Below are positions 1-6,595 of a DNA stretch of 64,000 nt, in pieces; the stretch's first letter is position 1, and each line of letters opens with the position of its first letter. Made by a program: the position numbers and the translations under genes. Below the pieces are notes generated by a model that saw only the letters and a program-made list of their open reading frames with translations, searched no databases and had not been told where the DNA came from. Source of the stretch: a virus; IMG/VR virus record IMGVR_UViG_3300030107_001040, positions 1-64,000 of that record. One strand, 5' to 3'.

Positions 1-5
1 TTTAA

Positions 6-79
6 GGGATAGTAGTTCAGTGGTTTAGAACGCTGCCCTGTCACGGCAGAGGTCGTGGGTTCAAATCCCATCTGTCCCG
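6..79 (+). tRNA. tRNA-Asp(GTC)
   Basis: Cloverleaf: acceptor GGGATAG/CTGTCCC, anticodon arm CTGCC-CTGTCAC-GGCAG, T-loop GTTCAAATC; CCA not encoded. Confidence 0.95.
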
Positions 80-141
80 CTTCCCATTTTTGTTACACCT
101 TGAACTGTTTGTTACGGTTTCAAGATCATAAATAGTTACAA

Positions 142-179
142 CGTTCATCCCATTAGGGACGCAAGTAAGTCACGGAACG
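142..179 (+). promoter_or_regulatory. Glutamine riboswitch aptamer 1 (glnA/Downstream-peptide family)
   Basis: CGTTCA-TCCC-ATTA-GGGA-CGCAAG...GGAACG; P1 CGTTC/GAACG; lies upstream of a YRG-motif peptide gene; late-type CATAAATA at 127-134. Confidence 0.75.
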
Positions 180-184
180 CATTA

Positions 185-357
185 CGTTCATCCTATGATC
201 CCATTTTTAATTGCCACTTCTTTAACTTGCTCTGACGCTCAAGTCTTAGTCGATAAGATGAAGACTTATAAGGTTGAAGAGGAAGTGCGAGCTGAAATGA
301 TTCAGGTCATTAAAGAAGAGACAAAGGATTGTTGGGACGGAAATGACTAAAGGAACG
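185..357 (+). promoter_or_regulatory. Glutamine riboswitch aptamer 2, split by an ORF in the P2 loop
   Basis: 5' half CGTTCATCCT (185-194) and 3' half GGGACGGAAATGACTAAAGGAACG (334-357) mirror aptamer 1. Confidence 0.65.
195..350 (+). CDS. Small hypothetical protein (51 aa) nested in the riboswitch
   Basis: Manual translation MIPFLIATSLTCSDAQVLVDKMKTYKVEEEVRAEMIQVIKEETKDCWDGND; hydrophobic N-terminus, two Cys. Confidence 0.65.
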   Translation: MIPFLIATSLTCSDAQVLVDKMKTYKVEEEVRAEMIQVIKEETKDCWDGND

Positions 358-390
358 GGCCTCAAAATCCAATTACTTTAGGAGTCAATC

Positions 391-519
391 ATGGCACAAG
401 TCACATATAGAGGTGTAAAATATAGCACCGACAAAAAGCAAACCTGCAAGGAGATCAATGCTGATCTAACCTACAGGGGAATCAAGCATACGGAGACTAA
501 AGCAGTCTGCGACATTTAG
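391..519 (+). CDS. DUF4278-like downstream peptide (42 aa)
   Basis: MAQVTYRGVKY...LTYRGIKH with two YRG motifs; SD AGGAG at 380-384. Confidence 0.85.
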   Translation: MAQVTYRGVKYSTDKKQTCKEINADLTYRGIKHTETKAVCDI

Positions 520-544
520 TTTGAATCCAAGACATACTTGATAC

Positions 545-574
545 AGAGAGGGTTATTGACACCCTCTCTTTTTT
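545..574 (+). terminator. Intrinsic terminator overlapping a sigma70 promoter (556-584)
   Basis: AGAGAGGG/CCCTCTCT stem plus T-run; TTGACA in the loop, 17 nt, TACAAT. Confidence 0.8.
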
Positions 575-618
575 GTTGTACAATAAATACATGAAATTAT
601 ATAAGTTGATAGAGAGTC

Positions 619-1272
619 ATGAAACTTTTTCTGGACTGCTCTGATGTTGACCAAATCAGAGAAGCGTTTGAGACTGGTTTAATTGATGGGGTTACTACTA
701 ATCCATCATTGATGCTTAAGAACGGGCAAGATCCTGTAACAGTTATCAAACAGATCTCTGAGATATTTCCATTTCATGCTTCCATATCTGCAGAGGTAGT
801 AGGTGATACTGCTGAGGATATGTTGGACATGGCAGAAGGATATATTGACATTGGACCAAACATAACAATCAAAGTGCCTTGCACAGTTGAAGGTCTTAAA
901 GCATGTAAAAATTTAACAGAGGATGATATCCCTGTTAATGTTACACTTGTATTCTCACAGGTACAAGCCATCCTTTCTGCAAAAGCAGGTGCTACTTACG
1001 TGTCACCATTCGTAGGTAGAGTAGATGACAATTCATTTGGTGGATTGTGTCTCGTCAAAGACATTGCTAATGTATTTGAGAGACATGAAGTAAAGACTGA
1101 AGTCCTTGCTGCATCTATTAGAAATGTAAGAGATGTAGGAAGAGCATTTGAATATGGTGCTGACATTTGCACACTTCCCAATAAAGTCTTTGAAGGAATG
1201 TATAAACATATCCTTACTGATCAAGGACTAGCTACATTTAATTCAGACTGGCAGAAGCTAGTCGGTGGATAA
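619..1272 (+). CDS. talC: Transaldolase (TalC/FSA family)
   Basis: FLD, GVTTNPSL, IKVP Schiff-base Lys, NVTLVFS, YVSPFVGR, LAASIR motifs. Confidence 0.97.
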   Translation: MKLFLDCSDVDQIREAFETGLIDGVTTNPSLMLKNGQDPVTVIKQISEIFPFHASISAEVVGDTAEDMLDMAEGYIDIGPNITIKVPCTVEGLKACKNLTEDDIPVNVTLVFSQVQAILSAKAGATYVSPFVGRVDDNSFGGLCLVKDIANVFERHEVKTEVLAASIRNVRDVGRAFEYGADICTLPNKVFEGMYKHILTDQGLATFNSDWQKLVGG

Positions 1273-1465
1273 CCCTCCTTTTCCTCAATACCCTGAGTAT
1301 ATGAACGGCAGACTTAAAAAAGTAGACATGACCGCTAGGATCTTGAATATCAAGAGAGATATAGATAATCGCTCTTGGTATCCAAAATGGGATGGTAAAG
1401 AAAGATGGGCGGCACAACAAGCCCTTAATAATGTTCTAGACATATTAGACGAATACCATTATTAA
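1265..1465 (+). CDS. Hypothetical protein
   Basis: ORF overlapping talC stop; resembles 4599-4763. Confidence 0.7.
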   Translation: MDNPPFPQYPEYMNGRLKKVDMTARILNIKRDIDNRSWYPKWDGKERWAAQQALNNVLDILDEYHY

Positions 1466-1468
1466 TAC

Positions 1469-1627
1469 ATGCAAAAGACAAATCTAAAAATATTAGTTGC
1501 CGATTTAGAAAGAGCAATAGCAGAATTAAAATCAGAGATTTATTCTGACACTAAAGCGTATCGTATAGATAGTGATACACCAAGATCATATCTTGATACA
1601 AATGATGACGACGGAGAGCTTGACTAA
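1469..1627 (+). CDS. Hypothetical protein (52 aa)
   Basis: Manual translation MQKTNLKILVADLERAIAELKSEIYSDTKAY...GELD; fills the gap between neighbours. Confidence 0.7.
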   Translation: MQKTNLKILVADLERAIAELKSEIYSDTKAYRIDSDTPRSYLDTNDDDGELD

Positions 1628-2102
1628 TGGCTTGGAAACCCCCAATGAGACCAAAGTGGTTGAGGGAACTTATGAAAATCCCTGGACCTATCAAGGTTCA
1701 ACTTTTACTTCTAATGACATTGACGACTTCTTCGGTTTTGTCTACAGGATTACAAATTTACGAACTGGGAAGCAATACATCGGGAGGAAATACTTCGTCC
1801 AAAAACGAAAGCCTAGAGGTGGCGGACGCAAACGGACGAGTGAAAGTAACTGGAAAGCATACTACGGAAGTTCTAAGGAACTTGGAGAAGACAGGAAACT
1901 TCTGGGGAATAGTAATTTCAAAAGAGAAATAATAAGCCTACATAAAACACTAGGTAAGGTTAATTACGAGGAGACTCGTCAGTTATTCTTACACAATGTT
2001 CTTACGGAGGCCAATGAAGATGGATCACCAGCATACTACAACAGTAACATCCTCGGTAGGTACATGCGAAAGGACTATTTTGAAACTGGCACACTTGATT
2101 GA
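1602..2102 (+). CDS. denA: GIY-YIG endonuclease, T4 endonuclease II-like (start uncertain)
   Basis: GFVYRIT...YIGRK, WKAYYGSS, YYNSNILG motifs. Confidence 0.85.
   Translation: MMTTESLTNGLETPNETKVVEGTYENPWTYQGSTFTSNDIDDFFGFVYRITNLRTGKQYIGRKYFVQKRKPRGGGRKRTSESNWKAYYGSSKELGEDRKLLGNSNFKREIISLHKTLGKVNYEETRQLFLHNVLTEANEDGSPAYYNSNILGRYMRKDYFETGTLD
1627..1932 (+). CDS. Possible overprinted ORF (101 aa) in the +1 frame of denA
   Basis: Starts at a TAATG overlap with the upstream stop; basic then hydrophobic N-terminus. Confidence 0.35.
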   Translation: MAWKPPMRPKWLRELMKIPGPIKVQLLLLMTLTTSSVLSTGLQIYELGSNTSGGNTSSKNESLEVADANGRVKVTGKHTTEVLRNLEKTGNFWGIVISKEK

Positions 2103-2128
2103 CTGAGGCAGTTCTATACTGCTATAAT
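2072..2128 (+). promoter_or_regulatory. Phage early-type promoter motif
   Basis: GGACT-N10-TGGCAC, 30 nt, TATAAT; same geometry recurs across the window. Confidence 0.6.
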
Positions 2129-2226
2129 TATCAGGTAGTCTGTTTCTAAGTCCATGCACTTCTCCAATGAGAGTAGGTTGGATCTTTATATTGATTCGTT
2201 ACATGAACTAGCAGAACTATCTGACT

Positions 2227-2298
2227 GCCTCTATAGCACAGCGGTAGTGCAGGGCTTTTGTAAAGCCAAGGTCGGCGGTTCAAATCCGTCTGGAGGCA
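2227..2298 (+). tRNA. tRNA-Thr(TGT)
   Basis: Acceptor GCCTCTA/TGGAGGC, D-arm GCAC/GTGC, anticodon loop TT-TGT-AA, T-arm GGCGG-TTCAAAT-CCGTC. Confidence 0.92.
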
Positions 2299-2319
2299 TG
2301 TCTCTTAAAGGAGTCTCTC

Positions 2320-2520
2320 ATGACTACGAAAGAAAAGTTCTCATTGCATCTTGACATTCTATGGAGTGCTATTGATAGAAAGATAACACTTGACATAGAC
2401 TATCCAATCATCTATAATGAGGTGGTTAGATACTTCGAGACTAAAGGTGTAGACTTCTACGGTGATGTAGATGAAGATTATGATATACTGTTAACCAAAT
2501 TAGAAAAGGAACTATTATGA
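2320..2520 (+). CDS. Hypothetical protein
   Basis: ORF with SD AAGGAG. Confidence 0.75.
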   Translation: MTTKEKFSLHLDILWSAIDRKITLDIDYPIIYNEVVRYFETKGVDFYGDVDEDYDILLTKLEKELL

Positions 2521-2852
2521 CTTGCGGATTACATTCAAAATTTGAGACTGCTGTTGATGGCGTGAAGGAAGCCTTCAAACAAGCAGTAGACACTAAGGAC
2601 TTTGATAGAAGTACTCTTAGTGAGGTATGGAGACATTATCAAGGCTTACAGACTATTCTGGAGGGATTGCCTAAGCATGAAGAGCACGATAGTATTTCCT
2701 TTGAAGGTATTACATTACCTGACGGGTGTTATGATCCAGATTACAATATAACTTTTGATAAGAATGACTTAGCATTTGATGCTGCTCAACCAGTGACATT
2801 CCCTGTTGCTTCTGATAGTCAGAGTGGAGGAGAAGATAAGATTGTTTTATAG
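2517..2852 (+). CDS. Hypothetical protein
   Basis: ATGA-coupled ORF. Confidence 0.75.
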   Translation: MTCGLHSKFETAVDGVKEAFKQAVDTKDFDRSTLSEVWRHYQGLQTILEGLPKHEEHDSISFEGITLPDGCYDPDYNITFDKNDLAFDAAQPVTFPVASDSQSGGEDKIVL

Positions 2853-2961
2853 TCTTTGCCAATAGACTATAAACTAGATGGTTTTCAGCGAGTGGCCATC
2901 GCACATATAGCGGATCATTAAATTACCTTATAAGGATCATCAGAAATGGTGATCCTTTTTT
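2846..2961 (+). ncRNA. Candidate structured RNA ending in an intrinsic terminator
   Basis: Hairpins 2846-2873 and 2888-2902; terminator AAGGATCATCA-GAAA-TGGTGATCCTT plus T-run (2932-2961). Confidence 0.4.
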
Positions 2962-2986
2962 CTGTCATGGGGTGGGTATAAATACC

Positions 2987-3036
2987 TTGACAGGTCTTTA
3001 GATTTGCTATATAATATTGTTACTTTACTTTACATA
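2987..3036 (+). promoter_or_regulatory. Sigma70 promoter with HLR1-like (RpaB) site upstream of hli genes
   Basis: TTGACA-N17-TATAAT then GTTACTTT-AC-TTTACATA; late TATAAATA at 2977-2984. Confidence 0.7.
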
Positions 3037-3043
3037 ACTTAAG

Positions 3044-3256
3044 ATGACTTCATCTACCGCTTCAACGAAGCGATATGTTACTACAGAAGGTGGAGGCAGA
3101 CAGAATATGTTTGCTCATGAACCTCAGATAGAAGTAATCGATCATGATTACTGGAAAGAAGCAGAGTTACTCAATGGTCGCCTAGCGATGATTGGTTTAT
3201 TCGCAGCAGTACACAACTACATCCTTTTTGGATGGATTATTCCCCCTATTTTTTAA
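3044..3256 (+). CDS. hli: High-light-inducible protein
   Basis: AELLNGRLAMIG chlorophyll-binding helix. Confidence 0.93.
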   Translation: MTSSTASTKRYVTTEGGGRQNMFAHEPQIEVIDHDYWKEAELLNGRLAMIGLFAAVHNYILFGWIIPPIF

Positions 3257-3262
3257 AGAACC

Positions 3263-3370
3263 ATGACACCAGAAGCAGAAAAGTTTAACGGTTGGGCAGC
3301 AATGATCGGTTTCGTAGCCGCTATCGGAGCCTATGCATCAACAGGACAGATTATACCAGGTATATTCTAA
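3263..3370 (+). CDS. hli: High-light-inducible protein (35 aa)
   Basis: Manual translation MTPEAEKFNGWAAMIGFVAAIGAYASTGQIIPGIF. Confidence 0.93.
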   Translation: MTPEAEKFNGWAAMIGFVAAIGAYASTGQIIPGIF

Positions 3371-3422
3371 ATCTTAACAAATCTAAATAGTTACTCGTAA
3401 ATTTATCCGTAAATACAAACAA

Positions 3423-3614
3423 ATGGGCGACTTAGTAGCCGCATCAGACAGTATATCACCACTAATGGCAGTCCTCTGGGTCTTTTATCCTATGACTGCT
3501 TTAGTGTTGATTGAACTATTCTTAAGAGCAATTAATAATGACGATGATGATGATACCAATGGAGGTAAAGGAGTAAGAATAGCACAACCAGTAGCAGTAC
3601 CATCAGGTGCTTGA
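3423..3614 (+). CDS. Small membrane protein
   Basis: One hydrophobic helix followed by DDDDD..GGKG. Confidence 0.75.
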   Translation: MGDLVAASDSISPLMAVLWVFYPMTALVLIELFLRAINNDDDDDTNGGKGVRIAQPVAVPSGA

Positions 3615-3657
3615 CACAGAGTAAAAATACCTATATAATACTGTAGAGTATTTTTAC
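3611..3657 (+). promoter_or_regulatory. Sigma70 promoter flanked by an inverted repeat
   Basis: TTGACA-N17-TATAAT; GTAAAAATAC (3621-3630) / GTATTTTTAC (3648-3657). Confidence 0.7.
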
Positions 3658-3665
3658 CTAGTCAA

Positions 3666-3740
3666 ATGCCACAAATAATCTTTTTATCAACAGTAGCAAT
3701 ATTCGCATACACCAATGTCGGTCAATACGTTCTTCAGTAG
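3666..3740 (+). CDS. Micro-ORF, hydrophobic peptide (24 aa)
   Basis: MPQIIFLSTVAIFAYTNVGQYVLQ directly after the promoter. Confidence 0.45.
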   Translation: MPQIIFLSTVAIFAYTNVGQYVLQ

Positions 3741-3816
3741 TCCTTACTACGCACTATATGAATTTGCATTCTTCTGTAGCGTAGGTTTTACAGCAGGGAG
3801 TTTAGGCTTATTATGA
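3715..3816 (+). CDS. Micro-ORF, hydrophobic peptide (33 aa)
   Basis: MSVNTFFSSPYYALYEFAFFCSVGFTAGSLGLL, ATGA-coupled to the next gene. Confidence 0.5.
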   Translation: MSVNTFFSSPYYALYEFAFFCSVGFTAGSLGLL

Positions 3817-3977
3817 TAATGGTAATTTTTATTGTTTCACTTCTCGCTCTCCTAGTTGGTCTAGGAGTATGGCAGACATTTGGCTCAGGCAAAAAAGAAT
3901 TAAGAGATCCGATAGCAGAACATGCTAGAATGCATGAACTAGGAATAGCACACGGACATGGAAAAGGAAGCAACTAA
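3813..3977 (+). CDS. psbN: PsbN-like protein (54 aa)
   Basis: TM helix then TFGSGKKELRDPIAEH, matching the PsbN FG..SK.LRDP..EH pattern; His-rich tail. Confidence 0.75.
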   Translation: MIMVIFIVSLLALLVGLGVWQTFGSGKKELRDPIAEHARMHELGIAHGHGKGSN

Positions 3978-4107
3978 AATTTTAAACAGGGCAGGTTTCT
4001 CAGGACCAGGTGTGGAGAAATGTGTTCAGGAGTGGTGCAGTAAACAATCTGTTAACTTCGGTATTGTCAGTTACTATAAAGCATACTATAATAGTTTTAA
4101 CTCATAA
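3958..4107 (+). CDS. Hypothetical protein (49 aa)
   Basis: Manual translation MEKEATKILNRAGFSGPGVEKCVQEWCSKQ... Confidence 0.5.
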   Translation: MEKEATKILNRAGFSGPGVEKCVQEWCSKQSVNFGIVSYYKAYYNSFNS

Positions 4108-4135
4108 TAAATATGAGTGTAAGGGTACATTACCA

Positions 4136-4543
4136 ATGAATGAAGAAGAGTTAGATTTGGCACCTTCAGAGTATGAACCACCTCATCCCCATGATTCAAT
4201 GCCGATTGCTAATGGGACTAATCGATATGCGCCTCCTGAAAAAATGACAGAATTAGAATCCAATCCAAGACCAGAAGAAGAAGCAGCAGACTGGTTTAAT
4301 CAAACCGATAGTTATTCTTCTCGTCATAAGTCAACACCAGACCATGAGAAAGGTGCTGAAGAAGTAGTTACTATGCATGAACAGATGTATCGTATGGCAA
4401 CTGCTAGATACAATCCATTTCATATGGGTGCATCCGAGAACTATCATGCTGATATAGAATATGCTGGTGGATCTGAACAGGCATGGTGGACTGATGGAGA
4501 GCAGAAATTTACACCTGAAAATGATCCTTATGGTGGCTATTAA
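4136..4543 (+). CDS. Hypothetical acidic protein
   Basis: ATG at 4136 follows a late-type ATAAATA; preferred over the GTG at 4010. Confidence 0.65.
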   Translation: MNEEELDLAPSEYEPPHPHDSMPIANGTNRYAPPEKMTELESNPRPEEEAADWFNQTDSYSSRHKSTPDHEKGAEEVVTMHEQMYRMATARYNPFHMGASENYHADIEYAGGSEQAWWTDGEQKFTPENDPYGGY

Positions 4544-4598
4544 TATAAAGAAAATCTATAAATATTAATGAGAAAGGCTAGCGTTGGAGGTGCTTGCC

Positions 4599-4763
4599 AT
4601 GAAGAAGGATTTACATAAGCCAGACATGGAATCTAGAGTTGAGAAGCTGAAAGACGAACTCTATGATCGCTGTGAGCGACTGGAATTAACCTTTGAAGAA
4701 TGTAGAGGAGCAGACGAATATTTAAATAAAGTATCAGATGTACTAAATGAGTTTTCGTATTGA
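4599..4763 (+). CDS. Hypothetical protein (54 aa)
   Basis: SD GGAGGTG; MKKDLHKPDMESRVEKLKDELY...LNKVSDVLNEFSY; late TATAAATA at 4557-4564. Confidence 0.75.
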   Translation: MKKDLHKPDMESRVEKLKDELYDRCERLELTFEECRGADEYLNKVSDVLNEFSY

Positions 4764-4770
4764 TTGATAC

Positions 4771-4800
4771 TTGACAAAACTTAACAGAAGCATATATAAT
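4771..4800 (+). promoter_or_regulatory. psbA sigma70-type promoter
   Basis: TTGACA-N18-TATAAT. Confidence 0.7.
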
Positions 4801-4877
4801 ACTGTGTAAGGGCATTGTCAATAAGTCCCCCCGCATGGTGGTTGGGCCTCCAGTAAGGAGGATATCCACTTTTACTT

Positions 4878-4912
4878 CCCCCTAACCAAGACCACGGGGT
4901 AATAATGTCTTT
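4878..4912 (+). promoter_or_regulatory. PhotoRC-II-like cis RNA element in the psbA leader
   Basis: CCCC/GGGG stem whose loop AAGAC can pair with downstream GTCTT; position typical of cyanophage psbA leaders. Confidence 0.55.
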
Positions 4913-4945
4913 TTATAACAAGTAAAACATCGCACTCTTTTTTCA

Positions 4946-6028
4946 ATGACTACTCTGCAAAGACAGAGCAGCTCACCGCTTAAGAATTGGGACGAGTTTT
5001 GTGAGTGGGTAACATCCACTAACAATCGCTTATATGTTGGTTGGTTTGGAATCTTAATGGTTCCTTGTCTTCTAGCTGCTGCTACTTGTTTCATCGTAGC
5101 GTTTATAGCTGCACCTCCCGTTGATATTGACGGGATCAGAGAACCAGTTGCTGGCTCTCTATTATACGGTAACAACATCATCTCTGGTGCTGTCGTTCCA
5201 TCCTCTAATGCCATCGGTATGCACTTCTATCCAATATGGGAAGCTGCTACCATTGATGAATGGTTATATAACGGAGGACCATATCAACTTGTTATCTTCC
5301 ACTTCCTTATCGGAATTTGTGCCTACATGGGTAGACAGTGGGAGTTATCATACCGCTTAGGTATGAGACCTTGGATCTGTGTTGCATATTCTGCACCAGT
5401 ATCTGCTGCCTTCGCAGTATTTTTAATATATCCATTTGGTCAGGGTTCATTCTCTGATGGTATGCCTCTCGGTATATCAGGTACGTTTAACTTCATGTTC
5501 GTATTCCAAGCAGAACATAATATCTTGATGCATCCATTCCATATGGCAGGTGTCGCAGGTATGTTCGGTGGAGCACTCTTTAGTGCTATGCATGGTTCAC
5601 TCGTTACATCTTCTCTAATCAGAGAAACAACAGAGAATGAATCTCAAAACTATGGTTATAAGTTTGGTCAAGAAGAAGAGACCTACAACATTGTTGCTGC
5701 TCATGGATACTTCGGACGTTTAATCTTCCAGTATGCATCATTCAACAACAGTAGATCACTTCACTTCTTCCTCGCAGTCTTCCCTGTGGTGTGTGTCTGG
5801 TTAACCTCTATGGGTATATCAACTATGGCATTCAACCTTAACGGATTTAATTTCAACCAGAGTATCATAGATGCTTCAGGTAGAGTTGTTCCAACATGGG
5901 CAGACGTTCTAAACAGAGCGAACTTAGGTATGGAAGTTATGCACGAGCGTAATGCTCACAACTTCCCTCTAGACCTCGCTGCTGCTGAGGTAACAGAAGT
6001 TGCACTTGTTGCTCCTGCTATCGGTTGA
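4946..6028 (+). CDS. psbA: Photosystem II D1 protein
   Basis: [38 protein letters not shown]; uninterrupted. Confidence 0.99.
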   Translation: MTTLQRQSSSPLKNWDEFCEWVTSTNNRLYVGWFGILMVPCLLAAATCFIVAFIAAPPVDIDGIREPVAGSLLYGNNIISGAVVPSSNAIGMHFYPIWEAATIDEWLYNGGPYQLVIFHFLIGICAYMGRQWELSYRLGMRPWICVAYSAPVSAAFAVFLIYPFGQGSFSDGMPLGISGTFNFMFVFQAEHNILMHPFHMAGVAGMFGGALFSAMHGSLVTSSLIRETTENESQNYGYKFGQEEETYNIVAAHGYFGRLIFQYASFNNSRSLHFFLAVFPVVCVWLTSMGISTMAFNLNGFNFNQSIIDASGRVVPTWADVLNRANLGMEVMHERNAHNFPLDLAAAEVTEVALVAPAIG

Positions 6029-6051
6029 TAAAAACAGAATAATCTGTTATA

Positions 6052-6081
6052 AATAGAGGGGTCTAACCCCTCTATTTTTTT
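6052..6081 (+). terminator. Intrinsic terminator
   Basis: ATAGAGGGG/CCCCTCTAT plus T-run; overlaps late TATAAATA (6048-6055). Confidence 0.85.
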
Positions 6082-6318
6082 ATGGAATTACCTAGGATAC
6101 CAAAGGAACAACTGAGTCAGGAGTTAAGAGAAGTAGTAGGAGACAATGACTTGGAGTTTGATTCAGTCGTTGATCCATCAGATATATTTGATATTTCATT
6201 TAATCCTCACACCTATGAGCAGGGTACAAGAGACATTGGAAAAAAACTAATAGAATTAAGAGAACAAAACGAATTACATGGACGAAGCTCAAAGGAAAGA
6301 TACAAGGAAAACAGCTAA
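6082..6318 (+). CDS. Hypothetical protein
   Basis: ORF track. Confidence 0.65.
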   Translation: MELPRIPKEQLSQELREVVGDNDLEFDSVVDPSDIFDISFNPHTYEQGTRDIGKKLIELREQNELHGRSSKERYKENS

Positions 6319-6454
6319 AAGACTTATTAAAAAAGCCAAAGAACATCCAGGATGGTATACTAAATCGGATATTAAGTATGCTAAGATGATACGGAGAACC
6401 CTAAAGAAAAAGAAGGTGGACACTACTGAAACTGGCACAGTTGACAAGATTTAA
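6278..6454 (+). CDS. Basic hypothetical protein (58 aa)
   Basis: Manual translation MDEAQRKDTRKTAKRLIKKAKEHPGWYT... Confidence 0.65.
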   Translation: MDEAQRKDTRKTAKRLIKKAKEHPGWYTKSDIKYAKMIRRTLKKKKVDTTETGTVDKI

Positions 6455-6474
6455 AGTTTCTGTTATACTAAATA
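6441..6474 (+). promoter_or_regulatory. Sigma70 promoter fused to a late box
   Basis: TTGACA-N17-TATACT overlapping TAAATA. Confidence 0.7.
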
Positions 6475-6479
6475 CTATC

Positions 6480-6592
6480 ATACAAAGGACTCGAAAGAAT
6501 CGTAACCCTGTGTAGATGTTAATAACGGTTCCCCATGTCGGGGGAATTATCATCCGCAGGATTTTTTTATTCTTGCGAGACACTAAGAGACA
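6480..6592 (+). promoter_or_regulatory. Candidate structured 5' leader
   Basis: Three consecutive stem-loops and a possible TGTC/GACA pseudoknot. Confidence 0.45.
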
Positions 6593-6595
6593 ATT

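Noticed and set aside
774-1224. Short minus-strand ORFs opposite talC, and similar ones opposite other long genes
   Set aside because: Antisense to well-supported genes, with no recognisable motifs
2154-2354. 66-aa ORF from the track
   Set aside because: It runs through the tRNA-Thr gene; most likely incidental
4946-6028. Intron or homing endonuclease in or next to psbA
   Set aside because: The frame is continuous at 360 aa and the downstream ORFs show no nuclease motifs
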